The notes under the pieces are model-generated. The model had not been told where the DNA came from. It saw only the letters and a list, made by a program, of their open reading frames with translations, and did no database searches. A stretch of 64,000 nt of DNA from an uncultured Planctomycetia bacterium. GTDB lineage: Bacteria > Omnitrophota > Gorgyraeia > Tantalellales > Tantalellaceae. Both the position numbers and the translations under genes were made by a program. Of this stretch, positions 12,001 to 24,000 are shown one piece after another (the stretch's first letter is position 1; each line of letters begins with the position of its first letter). The stretch is taken from the NCBI GenBank assembly GCA_964409365.1, contig CAYPCX010000002.1:96984-160983 (forward strand), in the 5' to 3' direction.

Positions 12001-15000
12001 CCGTGATGAACGGCGACTCGGCTATCACGCAGCTGGTATCCGCGCAGTCGGTCCTTGATGATGTGGATGAGAGAATAGAACTTCCGTGGAAACAGACGGA
12101 ACTGGAAGGATTCAAGCTAGCCGCGAAGCATCTCGTCGAAGAAGCTGAAGCGGACCTCGCAGAAGCCTACCTGAAAGCCGCCGAACATACCACGAGCGCC
12201 GTGGCGGAGACAATAGCGCGTCTCGCGCAGGATATCGTCAGCGACGGGTACGCTACGGCAGGAAAGATAGCCGCCCGGGCGGACCTGGCGCTGAACAGGA
12301 AGGACCGCAATTCTTCTCTCCGTGACAGGACGGAGGCGTGCAAAGAGCTGGCAAGGGTAGCCGGCATCCTGATAGGCGAGTACACCACCAGTCCGCAGCA
12401 TGGCAGGACCCTCATCTTCCTGGCCGAAAGCGCGAAGGAAGAAGCGGCCCTGGCCGCGCTTGAGGCGATAGAGACGTTCCGCACGGCGCCGCTTAATGAA
12501 ACGATCAAGGCGAACGCCCTGGAGATAAACGCGCTGAGCCGGGAAACGGCCGAGAAAGAAGCTTCCTCTAAGGAGAAGTTCGACGCGGCGTGGCTGGCCG
12601 AGATCGTACTTGAAGAGGGCGGCGATTTCACCATGACCGTGGCCGACGGTATATACACCACGGAAGTCTACAACCCGGCGGACGGCCATCTCCTTGAGTT
12701 CATCATGGTCAACAGGCAGCTGGTGCGGGTGATAGACACGGATAGTGCTGAGACAATAGAGGTAAATATTAATAATACTATGTTTAATATTAATACGGAT
12801 GGAAGTTCCGCCTGGAGGATCGAGAAAGAGGACGGCAGCGTCATAAGGCTGGTGGACAGGTACACCGGCCGCGCGACCATGCCCGGCCACGAAGACGAAC
12901 CGGAATGGTCGTGGAAGATCATGGATTTCGTGCTGGACCCGGCGAACCTGGACCTCAGCGAACTGGCGGAGGATATTACCGACTCGTTCCGCGAATTCAA
13001 GGCCGCCTCGCGGATAACCGAAGCCGTAAGTGATTTCTTCACCGCCGTGGCCGAGGCATACCAGTATTCCCTCAAGGAGACCCCGACACCGGAGGAAAGG
13101 GATGAGATCCAGTATTACATGCCGTTCATCCAGATGCTGCTCGTTGTTAACCCGCTCATCCTCGTGGCGGACGGTACCAGCACGATATGCTCCTGGCTGA
13201 TGTCGCAGGGCGCGGCGATAACCAACTGCGCCGTGAAGAGCCTCCTTGAGTATTTCACAGGGGAAGGCGTTACTATCGAGAAAGAACGCCTGGCCGCCGC
13301 GACGGCTATTTCAGATATCACGGCCGGCCTTGTGACCCCGGCCTCGGTCAGCGAAATAGAGACGAGTTTCTTCACCCTTAAGGCGGCGGCCGCGGCGAAC
13401 GATATCACGCTCCACGGCGTGAGGACGGGACTTGACGCCCTGGCTGAAAGGGACATGCCGGTCATCGCGGTGATCGAAGAGGCGTTCCAGAACCACGTGG
13501 TCCTGGTAAAATCGGTTACCACGACCGTGACCTACGTGTCGGACGAAATAGAGATCGTGGAAACGGCGGAAGAGTTCAGCGAGAAGTTCCTGGGCGTCGT
13601 GCTCGCTTCGGAAGAGGCGGACGAGGATGAAGGCGAATCGGCCCTGACCGATGAGGAGCTTCTGGATATCGCCGGGTCACTGGCCAACGTCCTCGAGACA
13701 AAGACAACGAATCTCGTGGAATACCTGACGTTCGCCAGGGACGAGATGCTGGACATCAAGCAGGCTACCACCCGCGCGATCAATTCCCAGCAGGCCACGG
13801 AAGCGAAGAACATAGCCGAAGCCATACTTTTCGAGATAGAACAGGACGCGGATTACGCGTCAAGCGAAGCGGCGAAGGAGAAGAACGCGGATAATGCCGT
13901 TATACAAAGCAATGCCGAAAAAGCGCAGGCGCTCAAGCAGGAAGCCCAGGCGATCTACGCCGAGATCTCGGCGATACGCGACGAGATAGCCCAGCTTGAA
14001 GCCCAGGCGCGCGGCTATGTCGCCTTCGCCAGGATCAGCCGGGACATGCTCGAGAGCATGCTCGCCGACACAGAGGACGCGGTGAGCCTCGTGTCTCTCG
14101 GGGTAACCTGCCTGGACAGCATCAATGACGTGAAAGACAAGATAGACGAATACTGCACGCTTTATAATTACAACACCACGCTCCTGGGTTACGCCACGGA
14201 AGTGGCCGGTTACAAGACCCGCGGCGAGGAAATAGTCCAGCTTCTCCGGAGCGCCTCGGACGAAGCCGTCAACGCGCGTTTCCTTAGCGAATCCGAGTAC
14301 AACCGTGCGGATGTTAACGGCGACGGCGCGGTGGACGAAAATGATATCGCCGATTTCGAGGCAGCCCTTAAGAGGATAACGGACCTGGACTCGGACGGCA
14401 AGATCACGGAAGACGACCTCAACAGGCTCAAGACGCTCCTGAGCTATATAGATTACAACTACTTCATGTCCAGGAGCGAGATATTGAAGGCCGATATAGA
14501 CGGTAACGGCACTATAGATAACGCGGACGCTTCGCTTCTTTCCGACCTGCAGAGCTATCGCGTGGATGTCAACGAAGACGGTTACGTTAACGAGCTGGAC
14601 GTCCTGGCCCTGGAAGAGGCTATAGAGAACAGTATCGCCAGCTACGGTACGGAACTCACGCGCAAGGAATACTATTACCACCCGGACAAGACAGGAGAGG
14701 ACGACAGGACCTATTACTCGCAGATGCCCCAGCACCAGGTCGATATAGCGTACGAAGTGGGCGTAACGGATGAATATGTGGGCCTGACCGGGGCCACCAT
14801 CACGTTCACTTTCAGCAATGTCGTGGACGCGACGGGGCTTATTGCCGGATATGAAGCCCAGCTCAATTTTGAGACCGGAGCCGTCGATATAATCAGGGTG
14901 TCCGATGAAGGCGTTGTCGGCACGCATGCCATAGCGGATCAGGTAGTGGACATATACGCCGAAGGGGAGAAGATAGGCGAAGCCACGGTGGATTACTTCG

Positions 15001-18000
15001 ACGGCATCTATACTTCCACCATACCCGGGGAGTATATCAGGCCGTATCTGAGCGAGGACAGGGACGAGATAATAACGGGTATTACCGGTCCCGACACGTT
15101 CGTGGAAGCAACTGAAGAAGCGAGGAATCTGGCCGTTACCTCGATAAGCGCCGAATCCGCCAGGGTGTTCGCCGAGATGACCGCGGAGTTCGCGGCAAGG
15201 GCCGAACAGTCCGCGCAGTTCTTTATCGCGAAGGGCGGGGAAACCGCGCATTACGAGCTTGCCATCGACAGGGTCCGGGAGCTTGCCAGGGAAGCGGAGG
15301 CCGCGGCGGACAAACTTGCCGCCGAAAGCGGAGTGGACGAACTCAAGACGCTCCTGGACCATCTCGTCGTCGAGACCGAGACCATGCTGGTGAACTTGAG
15401 GGCCAACGAGGACGTTGACCGCGACGGGACGCTGGATACAGAGGACGAGAACGCTCTTGCTGCGGCTGATAACACCACCTGGACGGCGTTCGGTTCATAT
15501 GATATCGACTTGGACGGCAACATGGACGTGGCTGAAGATTTCGACCATGACGGCGTGCTGGATTACTTTGACGACCTTAACGAGGACGGCACCCCGGACA
15601 TCGGAGAAGATGTTAATTATAACGGTGTTCTCGATGACGGGGAAGATATCGACGGTGACGATGAGATAGACCCGACCGAAGACCTGAACGGGAACGGCCA
15701 GTTCGACGAGCCCCTTGAAGACATGGACTCGGACGGCAATTTTGACGACCAGAACGAACTGCGCGGGTTCTCGGACCTTTCCGGTATCAGGTCGCAGCTC
15801 ATGTGCATACAGGCCAGTTACACGACGCTGAAGGATGCGGAAGAGAACAATTACAACCTGAAAGCCCTGGCCGTCGATAAACTCTCGAAGAGCGTCTCGG
15901 AGCTCATGAAGGCCACTACTGCCCATGAAGCCCAGGCATTATATGAAGCCATGATCAGCACGCCGACGGTGAATGACGTTTTGCGCGAAGGCATTGATCC
16001 CGCCGAGTTCCTGGAATATATGAGGGAAACGGATACGGCCATAGACGACCTCCTGATATCCTATTTCGATAACTTCGTGCTGGATACCGACGGCCTCGAG
16101 CTCCGGGTGGAGATAGAACAGCTTGAAGCGGAGATGGAGACCGCGTACCTGGAAGCCATCGGTTCGATAAAAGCGGAAGCGACCGCGCTCGTTGAAAGCG
16201 CGGAAGAGGCGGCTATATTCTCCGTCATGGATACGGAGAAGGTGCTTGAGATCTACGCGGGAGGCGAATTGATCGGCACCGTTACCGTCGAGGACGGCGC
16301 TATTACGGCGCAGAACCTCGGTTACAACTGCCTCGCGAGCATCGATTCGGGAGGCATGCTCAGCATCAGCGACCAGGACGGGACACTTATCTCGCAGGGC
16401 AGCGTTATGAGTTACATCTCCGAAGACGATCTTAAGGCTGAGATCTCCAGGGCCCAGGATAACCGCAAGACCATAAACGAGAGCCGCGACACGCTGATAA
16501 TGATGATGATGAGCACGTCCAATTCCGACGTAACTGTCGCCATAGGCAACTGCTTCAGTATGGTGGACGAGATGCTCACGGATATCAACAATTTTATCCT
16601 TGAGCTTATCGGCACGGTCTCGACGGCCAGGGGCGCCTCGTATGAAGAAAAAGCCAGGCTTTACCTGAATATCGCCGCCGCCGCGGCCGTAGAAGTGGAA
16701 ACCTTGAGGCAGGATATCATCCAGACCGAATACAGCACGATGACCAACAAGGAAGCCGTCCAGGACCTTAAAGCGCGCCTGGCCGCTCTCCAGGCCAAGA
16801 GGAACGAGATACTGGTAGCGATGGACGGGGTCACAGGGGCGTACTTCTCGGTAGACGAGGCCAGCCGGGTAGACTTATCCAGCATGCTGGGGAGCGTCGG
16901 GTACATGCTGGACTATGCTATGGAGACGATAGTGGTGGTAAGGGACACGCTTGTCCTTTATGAAGGCGCCCTGGTAGATGAAGACCTTGACGATGACGGC
17001 CGTCTCGACGTGGACGAAGACCTCGACAATGATGCCAGGCTTGACCTGTACATCGAGGATCTCGACGGCGACGGGCATCTCGACGGGTTCGAGGAAGACG
17101 TCGACGGGGACCGCAACCTGGATATAAACGAGGATCTCACGCGTAACGGCGCCTGGGACGTGACAGAGGACCTCAACGCCGACGGCGACAGGTGGTTCGA
17201 CGTGAACGAGGACATAAATGCCGACGGTACTTTTGATACCGGCGAGGACCTCGATCATGACGGGAATTTCGATAACGTCGATGAACAGGCGCTAGCCGCT
17301 AGTGGGTATACCACCGTAGCCGGGGTTTATACTGACGAATGGTACGCGCACGAGCCGGGTTGTGACCTGGACGATGACGGCCGCATGGACCTCGGCACGG
17401 AAGACATTGACGATGATGACGTGTTCGATCTTACCGAGGACCTGGACGGCGATGACAATTTTGATATCACTGACGAAGAAGCCCTGGCCGCGGGCGGTTA
17501 CACGACCACGACATTGGCCAATAACGAGTATACCACGGTGTGGTACGCGCACGAGCCCGATTGCGATATCGATGACGATGGTTTCATGGACCTCGGCATA
17601 GAGGATATAGACTCGGACGGCAACTTCGACGACCTGTTCGAGGACATAGACGGAGACGGCAAGATGGACCTCGTGAACGAGAAAGATTTCGATAACGACG
17701 GCGTGATGGATATCGTTCCCGAACTGGATCTTAACGACGATGCCGTGCCGGATAACGAGATCGAGGTTGAAGTGGAGGGCGTTGTATACATCGTTCTTGC
17801 CGAGATAGACGTCGACGGGGACAACCGTCTCGACACGGTCAACGAAGATATAGACGGCGATGAAAAGTTCGACAGGGGAGAAGATCTCGACTGGGACCTC
17901 GCTTATGACGCCACCGAAGACCTTGACGGCGACACCGTATTCGATACCGGTGAGGATATAGACCACGACCGCAATTTCGATATCATAAATGAAGCCGCGC

Positions 18001-21000
18001 TGGCCGCTGCCTGGTATACCACGATCGCGGGCCAGTACACGAATGTATGGCACGCGCACGAGCCCGACTGTGACGTTGATGACGACGGCAACATGGACCT
18101 CGGCATAGAGGATATAGACGGGGACGGGGAGTTCGACCTCACGGAGGACCTCAACGCCGACAACAATTTTGATACAGGCGAGGATATCGATCACGACGGT
18201 AATTTTGATACGGGCGAGGACACCGACCACGACGGCGAGCTTGACGGCGGCGAGGACCTTGACGGTGATGGTGAGCTCGACCTCACCGAGGACCTTGACG
18301 GCGACGGGAACTTCGATATCACGGATGAGGAGGCGCTGGCCGCTGCCTGGTATACCACGGTCGCCGGTCAGTATACGAATGTGTGGTACGCGCACGAGCC
18401 CGACTGCGACATAGATGACGATGGTCATATGGACCTCGGCATAGAGGATATAGACTCGGACGGTAGGTTCGACACGACGAACGAGGATATAAGCTCGGAC
18501 GGTATAATGCAGTCCACCGAGGACCTCGACGGTGACGAGAACTTCGATATCGTGGATGAAGAAGCGCTGGCCAGGGCGGGGTACACCACGGCCGGCGGCT
18601 CTTACACCACCGTCTGGATCGCGCACGAAAGCGGCTGCGACCCGGACAATGACGGCCGCATGGACCTCGGTATAGAGGATATAGATAATGATTCGAACTT
18701 CGATGAGGTGTTCGAGGACCTCGACCTTGACAGGCATTTTGACAGCGCGAACGAGGATATTGACGAGGATACCACGTTCGACGAATTCAACGAACTGGCG
18801 ATAGCGGGCGCCGGTTACACGACGCTGAGCAACGATTTCACCACTGTCTGGCACGCTCATGAGCCTGATTGCGACCTGGATGACGACGGTTACATGGACA
18901 GGGGAGAGGACAAGAACGCCAACGGCGCCTTCGAGCTGGACGAAGACATCGACAACGACGGCCACCTCGACGTGAACGAGGACATTGACGGAGACGGCCG
19001 CCTTGACGTCGACGAGGATATTAACGGCAACGGCGTGCTGGACAGTTTCGTCGACTTCTATACCGAAGCCACGGGTATATACACGACGTTCACCGACCTT
19101 ACCTGGGACGCGGGCGACCTGGAAAGCATACAGGAGGCAAGAAGGGTCATCTTCGACGGCCTTGACAGGCTGGTCGTCATTTACGACATCATAGACCCGG
19201 CACAGCAGGCCCAGAGGGATAACGTGGATTCGTTCATCGATTACGGTGAGGACCTCCTCGAAACGCTGGGTGATGACGCGCGGGATATCTATATCTCGGA
19301 AGCCCAGGACAATAACGACGCGCTCTTCGATGAAGTGGAAGAGATTTACTCCGCGGCGGTCGCTTTTCTTGACAGGAGCTACACGGATATTACCATGGCC
19401 CGGGAGATGAGAAAAGCCGCCCTTGACGCGGTAGACCAGATCCTCATGCTCGAGAACCTGCCGAGCCTGGGAGCTTCATACAGTACGTTCAAGGAGACCG
19501 CCGCCGGTTACAGGCATGACCTGGAAGAGAGGCTCGATGACATAGAAGACGTCATAGACGCCACCCTTGAGAACAAAGCGGGTACGTACTACCAGGATAA
19601 GATGACCGAGTATAATGACCTTCTCCTCCAGCTGCGCGAGAAGAAACAGGAATACGAAGAAAAATACGCCAACAAGGCGGACGACACGCTGTACAAGCTC
19701 CTGAAGAGGCTGGAACAGGCGTCCGGCCTTATACTTTCCGACGCCGAAGGTACGAGCGCGGTCGCCGCGATCGCCGCCAGTGAGGAAGAATACGGCCTGG
19801 TCCAGCTCCTGGAAGGCGTATACCTGCAGGAGACCAAGGTCGCGGCCTGCGATGACCTCATAAGCGCCGAGATCGAGGTAGCCAGGTCGATATTGAGGGG
19901 CGAAGACGTAGACGATGACAACGTCCTGGATGTTGACGAGAAAGCCCTGGCTGAAGCGGGATACACTACGCAGGGCGGCAGCGGCGAATATACGACAGTA
20001 TGGATCGCGCACGATCCGGGTTGCGACATGGATGACGACGGGCACATGGATAAAGAGGAAGACCTCGACGGTGACGGTGAGATAGACAGCTTCATGGACC
20101 TCCTGGACCAGAACCCGGATATGACCGCCCTTGTCGACCAGATTGAAGGATGCGCGCAGGCATCTGAATATGCCCTGACAAAAGCCCAGGCCATATCGCT
20201 GGGTAATCCTAATAATGAGCACCTGAAGAATAAGGTAAGTGCCCTCGCGCGGGAAGTGGCCGATCTCAGGAACGCGGCCGATCTCATGAAGGAAGTCCAG
20301 ACGGTCGTGGAAAATACCGCGCGCGTGGACGACCTTTCCGACGCCATAGACGTTTACGAGTCGTTCATGACAACTACGGTCACGAAAGCCGCCACAGCGG
20401 ACGATACCGACAAGGAAGCGTATCTCTCGGCGCTTGATATGGCGGAAGAGGGCCTGGAAGAAGCCCAGGATACCGTCCTGAGCGATTCCATGGAGGCCAG
20501 CGACGCGACCGACCAGATCGTGGTGATAGCCAGCGCTATCAACGAATATGTGGGACTCTTCGATTCGTTATTCACCTCGCAGGACCTGGCCGACATGGTG
20601 AACTTTGTCAGGGGAAGGGCCTCGGCGGCCGTTATAAGCGCCCAAAGCGCCTCTTCTAGGGCTATAGAGTATACCCTTGACCCGGACGCGGCGGAGACCG
20701 AAGAGCTTGAGGCATGGGGCGACCTTCTGAACGCCAGGTCCGATATATCGACCAGCTGGGACGCGTATGAACAGGACACCGGAGACCCTGTCCTGGCGCT
20801 CGATGATTACGCGGAAGCCGTCCTGGATTATGAGGAAGCTTTCTATACCATCCACTCGGCGAGGCCCGGCACTTCCGATTACACGACCGCGATGAACGAT
20901 ATCGCCGGCCTTGTCAGCCAGGAAAGGAATTTGGCGAAGGAACTCGCCAATATCCAGGAGACACTGACGCAGGGCATCCTCCCGGTCCTGAGAGAGGAGT

Positions 21001-24000
21001 ATAACGAGTTGTACGCGGCCCTGGCGGAGGGGGATGAGCTCCTTGAGAAGGAGAGAGCACAGAGGCTGGAGCTCCTTTCCCTGGAAAGCGCCCTCGAACG
21101 CGCGGAGAACAGGGTGGTGATACTCGAGGCCAAGGAAGAAGCCGCCGAAAAGGCGCAGGAAGACCTGCAGGAGGCGCTCAACAAGATGGTACAGCTTTAC
21201 CGGGAGGCGACAGCGGCTTCCAAGGAACTCGAGAAAGCTGTCACGCTGGGCGGCGATACGGGGTATGAATACAGCGGCGGTATAACTTCCGAGGATGACA
21301 GGTGGGAAGCCAATGTCGTTTACTGGTCTTATGTCCTGGACAACGCGCTGGAATCCAGCCCGATAGACAGGAACGCGGAGGCCGCCAGTGATTTCTCCGA
21401 CCTCGCCAGCCAGCTCGTGACCATCGCCGACGCCGCCATCCAGCAGGCCCAGCTTTTACAGGTGGAGGTCAATAACGCCCAGGCGGAATATACCGAGGTC
21501 CGCCAGGAACTTGACAGCGCCCAGCTTGATATGGAGAACCTGCGTATCGATACCTCCGAGGCGAAGATGCAGTACAGCGCTATAGAAGACGCTATTTCCA
21601 GCGCCGAGGCGATAACGTTGAAGCAGTTCGTGAAATGCCAGGAACTCATGAGCGAGTACTGGGACACCTATCTTGACTATGAATTTGCATGGAACAGCTG
21701 GTGGGGCACGAAGCGCGAACTAAACCAGAAACAGGCGCTTGTGACCGAGGACGTGGCCAAAGAAGAAAAACTCCGGGCGAGGAGCGATGCCGAGCAGGAT
21801 ATGGACGACGCCTGGGAAGCCTATGATATCTTCAAGGCCCAGGCCGATATGGAGAACCCGGCGGATGTCGCCCAACTGGAAATTTATTATAACGAATACC
21901 TGGCCAAGAAAGCGATATGGCAGGCGGCCGGCCGTGATTATGATAATTATATAGCGGCCAGGGAAGATGACGCTGACCTGGAGGATAAACTGGAGGCGCT
22001 CGACGCCGCGTACAGCACGATGACCAATGCTTTGGACACGCACCAGGATCGCAACCAGAACTTCACGTCCGACCTTAATAACACCGCGGGTCTCAGGAAG
22101 GACTACCTTACCCTCAAGGAAAGGGCGCGCGAGATAAGGGAGGAGTACAACGCTCGCCAGAACGCCGGCGCGATGGCCGACGATACCGCTACCGCCCTCG
22201 CCGAGATCACCACCGACGCGGACGCCGTTATCGCCGTGATGAATGACACCGCCGATTTCATAAGCGACAAGCTCGGCCAGATGCGGCAGATATCTTCGGA
22301 AGTCACGGAGATCGCCAATGCCAGCGATGACAGCGCCGGCCTCAGCATGCCGTCCTATGTCAGGGATTCATACAGCAAGGTCCAGTACACCGAACAGATA
22401 GTTGCTTCCTATGAGGCGAAGGTGTATGAGCAGATGCAGGTCGTGGCGGAAGCCTACAGCGCCATGGAACAGAAGAGGAAGGACATGCTCGACGCGGAGA
22501 TCTACGTGAAGGTGACCGAAGCGGAGCTGGACAAGGCCATAGATGAAAGCAGGGACGAGACCGGCAAGGCTAACATGAACGACCCGCGGGTCAAGAACGC
22601 GGAAAGCATACTGGAGCAGGCCCAGGAGGATTACAGCGACGCCCGGGAAGCGTTCGAGGATGCAGAGACGGCCTACGAAGAAGCTTTGGACGAATATAAT
22701 TGCAGATTGGCAGACCTGGAAGTCGCTTACGGCGACTTAAGCGGCGATCCCGATGCCGACGACGACTGGATAGAGTGGGATCCGGAAACTTCACCCAGGG
22801 ACCGATTCGGTTACGGCACCGGCGGCGCTCTGGCGGACTGCCTGGCGTCTTTTGATCCCGACTGGTGGTGGGGTGACCACAGGCCGGACCTGTACGGGAC
22901 CTATACGGACGGGACGACCCCGTGGAACACGTATGTGAAGGACGAGGATTTCCCGTGGGACAAGGAGTGGCTGGACGACCAGAAGAAAGAGAGATACATG
23001 CAGTGGAAGAAGGCCCTGGACGTCAGGTACGCTTACCAGGTCAGCGAACGCAATTACGAGACCGTGAAGAACATGGCGCTCGTCGATTACGCGCGTTCGG
23101 TGGATGACGCTGTCAGCGTGGTCGAAGGAGTAAGATCCGATCTCGAATCGGCTCTCGCGGATTACCGCCAGGCGATAGAGGAAGAGGTCCTGGCCAGGAA
23201 CCGCTTGGAACGCTTGACCAAGGTGATAACCGAAGGGGATTTCACGGGCGCGGGGACCGAAGGCGCGATATTCCTGGCCGAGCTCAACAGCCAGAAAGAC
23301 GCGGCCCAGGAAGCGGTGGACGAGGCAAAGAAGAGAGTGGACATCCTTGAAGAATATATCATAGGGCAGGGAGGGCTCGAAGATGTTTATAACGAGACGC
23401 AGGACAGGCTCTTCGAAGAAGCGCGGGATTATTGCCTGGACGCCACGTTCTTCGACGAATGGCTCGATCCGGAAAGCCTCTCCGACGGCATGTTCGAGGA
23501 CCTGAAGTCCCTTGTCGGCCAGGTCTTTGACCGCGATACCGAAGGCGATATGTCCAGCGCAGCGGCCGAAGTGATGAAGATGGTCTACAAGGCGGAAGGG
23601 GTCGCCCTGAAACTGCAGGAGATCATACACGCGAAGGTGACCGGAGCGGAAGCAAAGTCCACCGTGCAGGCCATAACCTCGCAGCTGAACGACCTGAAGG
23701 ACGGCATCAATTCCGCATGCGCCGCGTTCGTGAATTTCTGTTCCACCATGGAAATCGAGTACGATTCCGCCAGGGCGGAATGGGAAGCGGTTAAAGATGT
23801 GGGCGATGAGGGCGACGCCGACATAAGCGACATGGAAGACAAACTCGCCAAACGCTCCAAATACCTGATAATGAAAGGCGTGAACGATTTTGGCCAGGAA
23901 GCCAAGATCTACATGGAACAGATCGAGGAAAAGCTTAAAGGCTCCGATCCCAACGCCGTTATTAACCGTCTGGACGAGCTCATGCAGATACTGGCGAAAG

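Noticed and set aside
16980-19050. CRISPR array or DGR template/variable repeat pair
   Set aside because: The repeats are in-frame, degenerate mostly at synonymous positions and have no fixed repeat-spacer pattern. I see no adenine-specific differences and no cas or reverse transcriptase gene in the window.
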